A stretch of DNA of 56,759 nt, from assembly GCA_039178745.1 (NCBI GenBank), contig JBCDFE010000001.1, positions 1-56,759 on the forward strand. The letters run 5' to 3'. This document shows positions 38,501-47,509 of the stretch, one piece after another (positions within the stretch are counted from its first letter, which is position 1; every line of letters begins with the position of its first letter). The stretch is from Bacteroidota bacterium. GTDB taxonomy: Bacteria; Bacteroidota; Bacteroidia; Chitinophagales; Saprospiraceae. The position numbers and the translations under genes are program-made. The notes under the pieces are model-generated. The model saw nothing but the letters and a program-made list of their open reading frames with translations. It ran no database searches and had not been told where the DNA came from.

Positions 38501-38882
38501 AACCTATGATATTTCCTTAGTTGTATGCACAGACTTGGGCTGCGATACCGCAGTAGTAGAAAATTTCGTCCTCGATCCACCATCCGATCCGCAGTGTATT
38601 GTCAATATTAATGATTTGCAGGACCTGGGTGCAACCATTAGCTTGTTTCCGAATCCGACCCGCGGAAGTCTAAGTTTATCAAGCCAGCAGCAGCTTGACA
38701 ATTATCGCTTGAATCTGTACGATGCACAGGGGCGTGAGATTCGCGAAATTGCTGTAGCCCGTCTTGTGCCCGGCCAGAATTTGGCTATATCGGTAGACGA
38801 CCTGGCTTCAGGTATCTACTGGTTGCGTGGAATTGACGAAAGTGGAACAACCTTTTTTGCAAAGCGAATTGTTAGGTGGTAA
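35574..38882 (+). CDS. M4 (thermolysin) family metalloprotease with PKD/CUB-like domains and T9SS CTD
   Basis: DVVGHEVGHG (HExxH), GESGGLNEAFSD, VH; WNFGDG..PSHTY PKD; LFPNPT...GIYWL CTD. Confidence 0.92.
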   Translation: MKSSITFLHITWICFLLSTSLSAQGLNPVSEIKNGKPSAHLPEIAQSLPDGYSLGRAQLMIDENGLAHYRIPVLLHGHQIKGVDFLLHERTDGQSRIVSPTMELKPVEWSGVETTQEERISLIPTIIGTPDWELETSKWIWMPENLDWRNTNRLVLTERIDLHTKNQHQHLRLYINVENAELLLLEDRVCTFDPGTAVTRYSGIRTIQTEQQDNGGYILLDKTRGNGIRTVHSQLGDFYDFNNYWDNENEANDDVATDVHWGMGETYDWFLERFNRNSYDNTGVAQEAFMIDNFANAYYIRGGTAVYFGEGSDSPFSVGLFDNPFTSLDVVGHEVGHGMTHFTSGLIYSGESGGLNEAFSDIVGISIQANSVPEQLDWRLGNDFSSNGDYFRDMADPKSLGMPSTYGGEFWESGLPVHRGSSMANLWYYLLVEGGSGINDLGYNYNVPAIGMDKASAIAYHAWTYYFSAGTDYPSAAGLTMVATIELYGCGAELAAVEEAWAAIGLPIEEPSGSASRYEICNLADVVDFSLSGEIQSVEWNFGDGTTTTEISPSHTYSAAGQYTVTASGQTCAGSFSFSLPFDIRVLTSDLDCSVVSIEQAVQNDITQCSGSMFVIGEGETSNFLRGTFFIDVPDIDGYELSLTGIGNSAMSVSVAAEVAGSLVQVQNLSPIPDEEITVEVPYSRIRIRVFDFDSPAGTGIELGWSCLEASVAPTADFIFSSGEECTRTISPFDASTGLPNSWTWRANGEIVSTDQNPVIFLPEVNTFYDISLTVCNDIGCDEMVLEDLYYLDGESDRCTDVVMADVSSSAACAGRLRDVNQDDPYFEFNTRFDIILNPGFAVELNFSVFDLQEDDKLLISSGTYSSSSAQAFAYEYTGAELQNTSIQFPTNHLVISLEMGFEENNVENQGFDLTWQCIAPAVPTASFNIVVDAPCNDRILLESTSASVVDEFAWYLDGQLSGVGQNAVLDQLTPGTYDISLVVCTDLGCDTAVVENFVLDPPSDPQCIVNINDLQDLGATISLFPNPTRGSLSLSSQQQLDNYRLNLYDAQGREIREIAVARLVPGQNLAISVDDLASGIYWLRGIDESGTTFFAKRIVRW

Positions 38883-38895
38883 AAGTTGACCACTT

Positions 38896-39027
38896 ATGTT
38901 TTTAGCTTTTCCACCGATTTTGGGCGGTACGGGTCCGAAAGCTTATTTGGTATTAGCCATTATCGTGGTGCTCGTGCTGGCGCTATTTTATCTGGTATAT
39001 CGTTTGTTGAGGGAAGATGTAGAGTAG
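38896..39027 (+). CDS. 43-aa single-pass membrane microprotein (not in ORF track)
   Basis: Manual translation MFLAFPPILGGTGPKAYLVLAIIVVLVLALFYLVYRLLREDVE; ATG 13 nt after the protease stop, ends before the DMT gene. Confidence 0.6.
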   Translation: MFLAFPPILGGTGPKAYLVLAIIVVLVLALFYLVYRLLREDVE

Positions 39028-39041
39028 GCACATCGGGCCCA

Positions 39042-39506
39042 CTAGTCTTCTACCCACGGCCAGCTCTTTACGCGCAGCAGCAGTACGCCGGCTATAATGA
39101 GAGCGGCCCCTAGTAGTTGTGGCCAACTAACACTGCGCTGCTCCAGCCCCAGCCAGCCGTTGTGATCCATGATCAGGCCAAAGATCATCTGTCCGGCTAC
39201 ACTCAGACCCAGTGTGAGTCCGACTCCTAACTTGGGCGCCAAAATGATCAGGCTGACCACATAAAAAGCGCCGAGTAAGCCACCCAGCCAATAGTACCAG
39301 GGCAGGGACAGGGTGTTTTTCCAGGCCGATAAATCAATTCTCGCGATGAGGCAATAAACAAATAGTCCGGCAATACCGATAATAAAAGACAGCAAGGCAC
39401 CCAACTCGGCACTTTTTGCGCTTTCGCCCAATTTGGAATTGACGGCTGCTTGTATCGGTAAAACGACACCGGCCAGAAGAGCTAATAAAATGAGCAGATA
39501 TTGCAA
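39042..39506 (-). CDS. DMT family transporter (YdcZ/DUF606)
   Basis: AGVVLPIQAAVNSKL, WLGGLLGA, VAGQMIFGLIMDHNG. Confidence 0.88.
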   Translation of the reverse strand: MQYLLILLALLAGVVLPIQAAVNSKLGESAKSAELGALLSFIIGIAGLFVYCLIARIDLSAWKNTLSLPWYYWLGGLLGAFYVVSLIILAPKLGVGLTLGLSVAGQMIFGLIMDHNGWLGLEQRSVSWPQLLGAALIIAGVLLLRVKSWPWVED

Positions 39507-39543
39507 TAGCTTGCTGTTATATTGAGCCCGAAAATACTTCTAA

Positions 39544-40023
39544 ATGATCACAAGCTATCTAAACCTCAGAGAAGAAGATCAAAAATTATTGCTGGATGCA
39601 CCTGCCCTGATCACCATCTTAGTCGGTGGAGCTGACGATGACCTCAGCGATGCAGAGCGAGACAAAGCGGCTAAGACCATAAAAATACGCACCTACGATG
39701 AAGAGTCGGAGCTCAAATCCTATTATGATTTGGTGAAGTACGATTTTGCAGCCAGAGTGAGAAGCTTGCTCGGCGAGTTGCCCCAGCATGCCGATACGCG
39801 AACAAAAGCCGCCTCGGATAGGCTAGCGAACCTCAATGCCGTATTGCAGCAGATGGATCAAAAGCTGGCTTATCAGTTTTACAGCGATTTTATCAGCCTG
39901 GCAACTGCCATAGCACGCACAGAAGGCGGTTTTCTTCGCTGGATTACCATCGGACCCAAGGAGGCCAAGGTGGTAGAGCTACCTATGATAAATCCTATCG
40001 AAGATCCGGAAAAAGAGGATTGA
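39544..40023 (+). CDS. conserved hypothetical helical protein (possibly TerB-like)
   Basis: APALITILVGGADDDLSDAE..., ARTEGGFL; no TM segment. Confidence 0.75.
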   Translation: MITSYLNLREEDQKLLLDAPALITILVGGADDDLSDAERDKAAKTIKIRTYDEESELKSYYDLVKYDFAARVRSLLGELPQHADTRTKAASDRLANLNAVLQQMDQKLAYQFYSDFISLATAIARTEGGFLRWITIGPKEAKVVELPMINPIEDPEKED

Positions 40024-40030
40024 ATGGGAG

Positions 40031-41029
40031 TCACCCAACCAATCTGACTTCGCGTTCCAATTCCATACCAAACTTGGTCTGCACTGCCCGCTGCACCTCC
40101 TGGCTAAAAGCCAATACCTCTTCGCCTGTAGCGCTACCGTGATTGACTATTACCAGCGCTTGGTTTTTGTAGCAACCCACAGCCCCCCGGCGCAATCCTT
40201 TAAATCCACATTGATCGATCAGCCATCCGGCGGCCAGTTTCACCCGACCATCTTCGAGCGGATAGCTGGGCATATCGGGGTCTTGATTGCTCAATGCTCT
40301 TGCCTGTGCTGCTGGTACTATGGGGTTTTTAAAAAAGCTTCCACTATTGCCCAGCAAACTCCAGTCGGGTAGTTTCTGATTTCGTATTTCAATGACTGCT
40401 CTGGCTATATCGGGTGGGGCAGGATCGTCTACGCCGTTTTCTGCCAGTTTGTTCTGTATGGCTCCATAATGGGTGCGTACGGGATAGTCCGTCCCCAACT
40501 CGAAATCTACCGCAGTGATCAAAAATCGGTTCGGCTCTCGCTTAAAGAGGCTGTCTCTGTAGGCAAACTGGCAATCATTTGCAGCGAGGGTCACCATTCC
40601 GTGGCCATATTCGTAGGCGTGTACGTGCGTGATGCGCTCACATACCTCCAGGCCGTAGGCGCCTATATTCTGGACGGGAGCTGCTCCGACAGTGCCTGGA
40701 ATCAGGGCCAGGTTTTCTAGCCCATACCAGTGGTTTTCCAAGGCATAGAGCACAAATTGATGCCAGTTCACGCCTGCGCCTACCCGTACATAGGTTCGGG
40801 GTCCTTCTTCCTTTAGCACGTCCACTCCCTTGATCAAAACGTGTAGTGTCTTGCCTGGTATTTGACTCATCATTAGCAAGTTGCTACCACCTCCGAGCAC
40901 TAAATCTGGTGCCGATTTTGGCGCCCAATCTGTCAGTTGCTGTACTTTGTATAAGGCAGCGTATCCTTCCGCTGTAGACCGCAATCCAAAGGTGTTAAAT
41001 GGGGTTAGATCTCTTGGGCTCCAATTCAT
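40031..41029 (-). CDS. murB: UDP-N-acetylmuramate dehydrogenase
   Basis: NTFGL, LGGGSN, GLENLALIPGTVGAAPVQNIGAYG, FAYRDS, GNSGSFFKNP, QALVIVN; start ATG 41029. Confidence 0.96.
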   Translation of the reverse strand: MNWSPRDLTPFNTFGLRSTAEGYAALYKVQQLTDWAPKSAPDLVLGGGSNLLMMSQIPGKTLHVLIKGVDVLKEEGPRTYVRVGAGVNWHQFVLYALENHWYGLENLALIPGTVGAAPVQNIGAYGLEVCERITHVHAYEYGHGMVTLAANDCQFAYRDSLFKREPNRFLITAVDFELGTDYPVRTHYGAIQNKLAENGVDDPAPPDIARAVIEIRNQKLPDWSLLGNSGSFFKNPIVPAAQARALSNQDPDMPSYPLEDGRVKLAAGWLIDQCGFKGLRRGAVGCYKNQALVIVNHGSATGEEVLAFSQEVQRAVQTKFGMELEREVRLVG

Positions 41030-41044
41030 CGCGGCCAAGATAGA

Positions 41045-41620
41045 TCAATCTCGCTTAAGCACCACATAACGATAGCCAAACAAGCCAACTACGATCTCCA
41101 TTTCTGTAATCTCGCCAGGCTCTTCGTTGGAAAATAGTGGTTTGGTCAGACTCAGTTCGTAGGTATCTCCTTCATAATTGAAAACAGACAGATATCGGTC
41201 TGGCTCTCCGGCAGCTTGTTCTGGGCTAATGACCACTCCGCCCTTATAGTAAGCGGTTTCTTTTACCAATTCGACTTCGATTTTTTGGGACTTCCGCAGG
41301 TTGAATATTCCAGCAACAGCAGGGTGTGTGCCCATTCTGACTACAAATAATGTAGCCCATACAGCGAGCGTCATACACACTAGAGCGGCCAGTACTATGG
41401 CCTTGTATCTATTGGTATCAGACCACTGCTTTTTGTCCCAGATTATGAGACTCGCCAGGAAGGCCAGAGCTACCGATGCTTTTGCACAAAGTACAGCCAG
41501 GTCTCTGGCATCCAGGCAGCGACTCATGAAATTGAGCTCCACCGTCAGACCTATAATAAGGCCAATAAATACGAGTCCAAAGATGGTGCCTTGCCAGGCT
41601 TCATTCTTAAGCGTCGGCAT
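41045..41620 (-). CDS. hypothetical membrane protein
   Basis: Three TM helices from ATG 41620, which overlaps the ABC transporter stop. Confidence 0.7.
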   Translation of the reverse strand: MPTLKNEAWQGTIFGLVFIGLIIGLTVELNFMSRCLDARDLAVLCAKASVALAFLASLIIWDKKQWSDTNRYKAIVLAALVCMTLAVWATLFVVRMGTHPAVAGIFNLRKSQKIEVELVKETAYYKGGVVISPEQAAGEPDRYLSVFNYEGDTYELSLTKPLFSNEEPGEITEMEIVVGLFGYRYVVLKRD

Positions 41621-43478
41621 TTTCGAACTGCAGTTTGGCCAGGGTGTTGTACGTGCCATCTGGTTTGTTGGCCAGTTCGTCGTGGGTGCCGGATTCTACG
41701 ATCACTCCGTTTTCCAAAACGTAGATGCGATCGGCCTCTCTGATGGTCGATAACCTGTGAGCAATCACGATACTGGTCCTGCCTTTCATCAGCTTGTTGA
41801 GCGCATCTTGCACCAGGCGTTCCGACTCTGCATCCAGACTGCTGGTGGCTTCATCTAGTAGCAGTATCTGTGGGTCCTTCAATATGGCTCTCGCTATGGC
41901 AATTCGCTGGCGCTGCCCACCACTGAGTTTAATGCCCCGGTCTCCGACCATGGTATCTAGACCATCTGGGAAAGCTTCAATGAATTCCAGGGCATTGGCT
42001 TGCCTGGCGGCCTCTTTTATGGCCTCTTCACTCAGGTCTGGCCGCCCGTAGGCGATGTTTTCCCTGATGGTTCCCCCGAAGAGTAGTACTTCTTGAGGTA
42101 CCAGGGCCAGTTTGTCTCTCCAGGCTTTCAGTGGAAACTGCCTTATGTCTTGACCATCTATGGTGATGTGGCCTTCTTCGAATTCGTAAAATCTGAGCAA
42201 CAACTTTACGATGGTCGACTTACCAGAACCGCTCGAGCCTACCAGAGCCACCTGACTGCCAGGTTCGATGGTGAGGTCTATTCCTTTTAAAACGGGTAAA
42301 TCAGGACGAGTAGGGTAGGCAAAGTGAATGTTGTGGTACTGTATTTGACCGTTTTTGATGTGTGGTTGGGTAGAGGGTCTATCTTGATTTAAAGCTATGG
42401 TGGAATGTTCCAACATTCCTCCGGATTTCTCCACCTCGCCTCCAGATTCTTCCCCTTCTTCACTAATCTGATCTGCTAGTATGTCTACTATACGGTCGCT
42501 GGCACCAAGAGCAGCTACGATCTCTGTGTAAAAACTACCCAGGCTGGCAATGGCCGCACCGATTATGCCCGTGAATACCACAAAATTCAATAATTCGCCT
42601 GCATCCAACTCCCCATTCTGGACCTGTATCATGGCTCGGTAAATGATGAAGAACAGAGTACCAAACATGATGGTGATCAGGAAAGCAGCAAATAGTCCTC
42701 TGGCGGTTGCCGTCTTTAGGGAAATGCGTACTGTTTCTTGTATGCTCTTGCCATATCGACTCTTTTCAAAGTCTTCGCTGGTATATGCTTTGACGGCCAT
42801 GATGTTTTGAAAGCTCTCTTCCACCACTACATTGCTAATGGCCAGTTGGTCCTGTCGCTGTTTGGTGAGCTTGCGTACATACCGACCGAAGAAAAGGGCC
42901 ATAATGACCACCAGAGGCAGTGTAGCCAAAGAGACCAGCGCAAGTTTAAAAACAGTAAACAGAATATAGATAGTGCCTCCGATAAAAATAATAATCTGGC
43001 GGATGAACTCCACGAGGGTAATGGAGAAAACGCTCTGTAGCCGGGTCACATCACTCGTTATGCGACTGATCAGCTCGCCACTCCTTCTCTGCTCAAAGAA
43101 GCTGAGGGGTAAAGACAGTATTTTTTGGAACAGGTCTTCGCGCAGGGCCGCCATAGATTTCTCGCTTACGATAGCCTGAAGCCGTACACGAAAAAAACTG
43201 AGTATAGCCTGGGCAATGAGCAGAACCGCTAGTAGGGTGAAAATCTGATTAAGGGTTAGCCCGTAGCTCCCTTTGCCCTGAACGGTGTCCAGCGCTTCAC
43301 CGGGCAATTGCATAATGACTAAAAAGAGCAAACTACCGACCGCCAGCACGATCATAGATGCTATAAAGTACCACTTATAAGGGAGTACGTAGCTAAATAT
43401 CCGGACCGATCGCTTCAACTGGGCTTTACTCAGTTTTGGCCGCTCTTTGTCCGTATTTTCGGTTTTTGATCTTGCCAT
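41607..43478 (-). CDS. ABC exporter, fused permease/ATPase (MsbA/ABCB-like)
   Basis: TM domain plus GSSGSGKST, LSGGQRQRIAIARA, LLLDEATS, IAHRLST. Confidence 0.93.
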   Translation of the reverse strand: MARSKTENTDKERPKLSKAQLKRSVRIFSYVLPYKWYFIASMIVLAVGSLLFLVIMQLPGEALDTVQGKGSYGLTLNQIFTLLAVLLIAQAILSFFRVRLQAIVSEKSMAALREDLFQKILSLPLSFFEQRRSGELISRITSDVTRLQSVFSITLVEFIRQIIIFIGGTIYILFTVFKLALVSLATLPLVVIMALFFGRYVRKLTKQRQDQLAISNVVVEESFQNIMAVKAYTSEDFEKSRYGKSIQETVRISLKTATARGLFAAFLITIMFGTLFFIIYRAMIQVQNGELDAGELLNFVVFTGIIGAAIASLGSFYTEIVAALGASDRIVDILADQISEEGEESGGEVEKSGGMLEHSTIALNQDRPSTQPHIKNGQIQYHNIHFAYPTRPDLPVLKGIDLTIEPGSQVALVGSSGSGKSTIVKLLLRFYEFEEGHITIDGQDIRQFPLKAWRDKLALVPQEVLLFGGTIRENIAYGRPDLSEEAIKEAARQANALEFIEAFPDGLDTMVGDRGIKLSGGQRQRIAIARAILKDPQILLLDEATSSLDAESERLVQDALNKLMKGRTSIVIAHRLSTIREADRIYVLENGVIVESGTHDELANKPDGTYNTLAKLQFENADA

Positions 43479-43611
43479 TCCGCAAAAGAAACGCTTATTG
43501 TGTCAAAATGTCTACCTGAGCACAATATTTGATGTAAGTTTGAAATTTGTATGCTGTCTATCTTGCTTAATTCGTTTTAGGAATCCCATTTGTAACATTA
43601 TCCTGAGAACA

Positions 43612-44487
43612 ATGATCAATACTAAGCAGCTTTTTCTTGCTGTCCTGCTTCTTTCTTGCACAGGGCTGACGACTAACTACCTCCATGCACAATCTGAATT
43701 GGAAATCGGACTAACCGGTGGTGTTGCTGGATATAGCGGTGACCTGCGGCCCAATGAGTTCGGCCTCTTTTTTGAAGACCTGGAAGCTTTCGGTGGTCTA
43801 TACTTGCGATTTAGACCAACTAACCGCATAGCCCTTCGCCTGAATGGCGTTTTCGGTCGAGTTAAAGCGACCGATAGTCGCCCCGAACAGCTGGATTTGT
43901 CGGCACGTACGGGAATCGCTCCCTACAACTTCGAATCCTCCCTTACAGAGTTCAGTCTTCAGGCAGAGCTAGATCTCTTTTATATAGGCGATCAGAACGG
44001 AAACCACCTAGCCCCATACATTAGTGGCGGTGCGGGTATTTTTACTTTCAACCCTGAAACTACACGCGAAGGGACCAGCTTCGAGCTAAGAGATTTTCGG
44101 ACGGAAGGCCAGGGTATCGGTGGCGACCGCTACGATGCGGCTCCTTATGAACTCACCGATTGGACTTTTCTACTCGGCGGCGGTTTGCGCTGGCGAGCCA
44201 GCGATCGCTTGGTGATCGGAGTGGAAGTCGTAGGTCGCAGAACCAATACCGACTACCTCGATGACATTTCTAACACCCGCGTTAATTATGCTGATCTGCT
44301 GGAAAACTTTGGTGCGACTTCTGCCAGTCTTTCCAATCCATTCATCACAGATTTAACAGATGCAGATACCGACTACGTGCGCGGAGGTGAGTTCAATGAT
44401 TGGTACTTTACCGGCGGTGTAACACTGGGCATTATTATAGGAAACGGTACTGGCGGAAGCAGTAAAACCGGTTGTTATACTTTCTAA
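43612..44487 (+). CDS. outer-membrane beta-barrel protein (DUF6089-like)
   Basis: Signal peptide from ATG 43612; EIGLTGGVAGYSGDL, TEGQG, RRTNTDYLDDIS, NDWY. Confidence 0.8.
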   Translation: MINTKQLFLAVLLLSCTGLTTNYLHAQSELEIGLTGGVAGYSGDLRPNEFGLFFEDLEAFGGLYLRFRPTNRIALRLNGVFGRVKATDSRPEQLDLSARTGIAPYNFESSLTEFSLQAELDLFYIGDQNGNHLAPYISGGAGIFTFNPETTREGTSFELRDFRTEGQGIGGDRYDAAPYELTDWTFLLGGGLRWRASDRLVIGVEVVGRRTNTDYLDDISNTRVNYADLLENFGATSASLSNPFITDLTDADTDYVRGGEFNDWYFTGGVTLGIIIGNGTGGSSKTGCYTF

Positions 44488-44493
44488 AAAAAT

Positions 44494-44535
44494 AGGTCTG
44501 ATGAGCGGCAGAAGCTACTCTAACAGACCTTTTTT
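44494..44535 (+). terminator. intrinsic terminator
   Basis: AGGTCTG/CAGACCT stem followed by a T run, directly after the stop at 44487. Confidence 0.55.
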
Positions 44536-44683
44536 GGCTTAAGTATGATCGACTTCAAGGGGATTAATCCCGAAGTTTCGGCAAACATAGCTTTTCAATA
44601 GGGAATGGTGATAACTTGTATTGTGGAAAGCTGTGGAAAACAGATGATTTAGGACAACATTCAGCAGACAAGATTTGAATCAC

Positions 44684-45385
44684 CTATTCCAAATTGAATA
44701 TTCGTCTAATAACGTCTTCCTTTCGACTTCTGCTGACAGGAAGTAGCGTTCCGGCTACGTCCAGTTGATTTCCTTCCAGGGCCCGGACCTGACTAGTAGC
44801 GATTAGATAAGACTTGTGAATCCTCATGAACTGCTGGCTGGGCAAGGTTTCTTCCAGTTGATGCATGCGTTCGAAGGTCACCAATCTGCCATTGGTGGTA
44901 TGAATGGCCACATATTCACGCATGCCCTCAACGTATATGATATCTTTCAGCTTTACCCGAATTAATTTACCATCTACCTTGACGGTTATAGATAATATTT
45001 CTGTGGGTGCGGCCACGACTCCTGAGCATAGCTTCTCGCGGGCTTTACCCACAGCACGTAAGAACCTGTCAAAGGAAAAAGGCTTCAATAGATAATCGAC
45101 TACATCCAGTTCAAATGCATTGACGGCATAATCTGGATACGCAGTTGTAAATATGGTAACGGGGGGGCTGGCGAGGGCGTGCAGCAGATTTAGACCACTC
45201 AAACCAGGCATCTGTATATCCAAAAATAAGATATCCGGACGCTCTCTTTGAATCGCAGCTACCGCTTCTGGGGCCGACTGAAACCGACCTGTCAGATCTA
45301 AACTAGGTGTATCCGCAATGTATCTTTCAACCAAATCAAGAGCCAGGTGCTCGTCGTCTACAGCGATGGCTTTCATTGAGATCAT
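44684..45385 (-). CDS. LytTR-family response regulator
   Basis: VDDE, FLDIQMP, FTTAY, DYLLKP, FMRIHKSY, PVSRS. Confidence 0.95.
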   Translation of the reverse strand: MISMKAIAVDDEHLALDLVERYIADTPSLDLTGRFQSAPEAVAAIQRERPDILFLDIQMPGLSGLNLLHALASPPVTIFTTAYPDYAVNAFELDVVDYLLKPFSFDRFLRAVGKAREKLCSGVVAAPTEILSITVKVDGKLIRVKLKDIIYVEGMREYVAIHTTNGRLVTFERMHQLEETLPSQQFMRIHKSYLIATSQVRALEGNQLDVAGTLLPVSRSRKEDVIRRIFNLE

Positions 45386-46443
45386 GATACTTGGATTTTA
45401 CTGATGGGTGGGAGGATAAGTTGAAAATTAAATTGACCAATCTCGGCCTTGGCTTCTGTGTGTAGAATAGCGGTATCGGTATAGGCCAGCGCTATCCTTC
45501 GGCGAATGTTATCCAGACCAACCCCGCTTTGTTCATCTTTTTCAAGCTCGAATGGGTCGAAAGAATTACTTCCAGAAAAGTGTATATCGTCATTGATGAT
45601 TTTCAGTGTAAAGTGGGCAAAAGCATCCGAATTGATGATAAAGTCGCCGTGCTTAAAGGCGTTTTCAACGAGTGGGATGAGCAGCATAGGCTCTATCTGG
45701 TGACCTGCGACCTTCTCATCTATACTTAATTTGATATTTAGTGGTTGCTTACTTCGCAATCGGAAAAGAGCAATATACTGTTCAACTTGCTCGATTTCTT
45801 CCGCTAGCGAAACTACAGGTCTTTTCCCTTTATAGGTAGCATATCGCAACAGGCTACTCAGTTGCAAAATGGTATCGGCCGTTTGTTTAGATCCTGCTGA
45901 GGCTAAGGAATACATGTTGTTGAGCACATTGAATAAGAAATGTGGGTTGATGTGTGTGCGAAGCATTTGAAGCTCCGACTCGATGCGCAATTTTTCCTGG
46001 CGTTCACGATCAGCTTCGGCCATTAACCTCCTATTATTGATGTATAGAAAAACGCTCAGGGCAATAATTCCTACGTTGGAGAGCAGACTGCCCATATACC
46101 AGGGAATTGGACCGTTGATGCCTGTAAAAGGCGAGAATGATTCACCGGTTATCCACTCATTACCTACAGCTCTGATCACGGTGAAGAAACTGATCAGAAG
46201 CAGGGTTATGAACCACTGTCGCCAATTGGTGATGGGGTTGGTAAATCGCTTCAGCAGATTCCAATGGGTGTAGTAAAGACCTGCAATGAGCAGTGTGTTG
46301 AGCAGGCTGCGCCATAGAACTATATCGAATACTGCAAATCGACTGAACACCCCTAAGTTGACAAGAAAAACCCCAACCCAAACCAATAAGTGGAAGAACG
46401 GATTGTCTCTTGCGGTGATCGAAGAGGTGCTGAAGGAATACAT
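45382..46443 (-). CDS. LytS/YehU-type sensor histidine kinase
   Basis: N-terminal TM helices, INPHFLFNVLN, LIPLVENAFKHG, GVGLDNIRRR. Confidence 0.93.
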   Translation of the reverse strand: MYSFSTSSITARDNPFFHLLVWVGVFLVNLGVFSRFAVFDIVLWRSLLNTLLIAGLYYTHWNLLKRFTNPITNWRQWFITLLLISFFTVIRAVGNEWITGESFSPFTGINGPIPWYMGSLLSNVGIIALSVFLYINNRRLMAEADRERQEKLRIESELQMLRTHINPHFLFNVLNNMYSLASAGSKQTADTILQLSSLLRYATYKGKRPVVSLAEEIEQVEQYIALFRLRSKQPLNIKLSIDEKVAGHQIEPMLLIPLVENAFKHGDFIINSDAFAHFTLKIINDDIHFSGSNSFDPFELEKDEQSGVGLDNIRRRIALAYTDTAILHTEAKAEIGQFNFQLILPPISKIQVS

Positions 46444-46496
46444 AGAGTGGGTTATCGGGCTAAGCTAGTGGTATCGCATTCATTTACCAAGAGACC

Positions 46497-46580
46497 TTCA
46501 ACGAACGGTATGGTACATTCAATCAACGGTTATTAGAAAGCTCAATTCCATTGGTTGAACGATTCTGTCCATTGGTTGAA
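46497..46580. promoter_or_regulatory. two oppositely oriented pairs of LytTR-type direct repeats
   Basis: TCCATTGGTTGAA at 46547 and 46568 (perfect, 21-bp period); TTCAACGAACGG at 46497 and TTCAATCAACGG at 46518 (21-bp period, reverse orientation of the same CCrTTsrTTGAA motif). Confidence 0.75.
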
Positions 46581-46691
46581 TGAATTTGCCTGTAGTTTGA
46601 TATGCTTAGACCTTACCTACGCAAAGGATGAGATATGCTACAAATTAACTAGCTGTCTTCTCTGAAGTCAATATTCAAAAATAGCCTCATT

Positions 46692-47447
46692 ATGAATTTA
46701 TCGTTTTATTCTTTTCGCGCCATCAATGTTTGTCTGGTTGCTTTGCTCGGTTCAGCACTTCTTTTTTCCTGTAATAGCGACAGTACAGATGTTGACACAC
46801 CTGCCGATGATTTTGAACTTACCGAAGAGCAAGCTGCTCAGCTTGTAGAAACTGCTCTACAAAGCGACGCTCAAGGACTTACCGCTGATATGGAGACAGC
46901 AGCTAGAGAGGTGGACCAATTAAAGAGTATGGACCCTGTTCCTTGTAGTACACCCTTTGATAGTACCTATAACTTCAGTTTTACAGGGAATTATCTTACA
47001 GCTAACTATAGTATTAGTACGAGCCTGACTGCGTTTTGCGACGGTCCTTTGAATTTGATTTCTTTTCTAGAAGTGTCTAGCGCTGCCGAGGGTAGCTACA
47101 CCACTTCACGGATGCAGAGCGAAGACAGCTCCACGGGGCATTTAAGAGTCGGAAATATCATTCAAGGTACAGCCTACGTAATTAGTGGTAACTACAGCCG
47201 TACGGGTACTCAGATCATTGAAAGGCGGAATCGCTCCAATTCCTTCAATACTCAGATCGACATTAACTACGACAATATCAGCATCAATAAATTCAACTTC
47301 CGTATCGAAGGTGGGCAGGCAAATTTCACGATTTCTGGTAGCTCAGCATTTGATCGATCTATAGACATTGTTGGAGAGATTACCTTCTTGGGAGATGGCC
47401 AAGCTATTGTCATCATCAATGGAAATCAGTATCAAATAAGTTTGTAG
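46692..47447 (+). CDS. lipoprotein of unknown function
   Basis: LFSC lipobox followed by acidic NSDSTD; beta-rich body; divergent from the LytS/LytTR pair. Confidence 0.8.
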   Translation: MNLSFYSFRAINVCLVALLGSALLFSCNSDSTDVDTPADDFELTEEQAAQLVETALQSDAQGLTADMETAAREVDQLKSMDPVPCSTPFDSTYNFSFTGNYLTANYSISTSLTAFCDGPLNLISFLEVSSAAEGSYTTSRMQSEDSSTGHLRVGNIIQGTAYVISGNYSRTGTQIIERRNRSNSFNTQIDINYDNISINKFNFRIEGGQANFTISGSSAFDRSIDIVGEITFLGDGQAIVIINGNQYQISL

Positions 47448-47470
47448 TATCCTTTCCGGATACGCTCTCA

Positions 47471-47500
47471 GCGAGGTGTGGAGTCCGTTCCACATCTCGC
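47471..47500. terminator. hairpin between convergent genes
   Basis: GCGAGGTGTGGA / TCCACATCTCGC 12-bp stem with one G-U pair. Confidence 0.6.
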
Positions 47501-47509
47501 CTACTTATT

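Noticed and set aside
38886-39113. 75-aa plus-strand ORF in the track
   Set aside because: TTG start and overlaps the DMT gene; the 38896-39027 frame is more plausible
44545-44640. Small hairpin plus two TGTGGAAA(G/A) DnaA-box-like words
   Set aside because: Only imperfect matches, no AT-rich unwinding element or origin-associated genes; insufficient for oriC or a REP call
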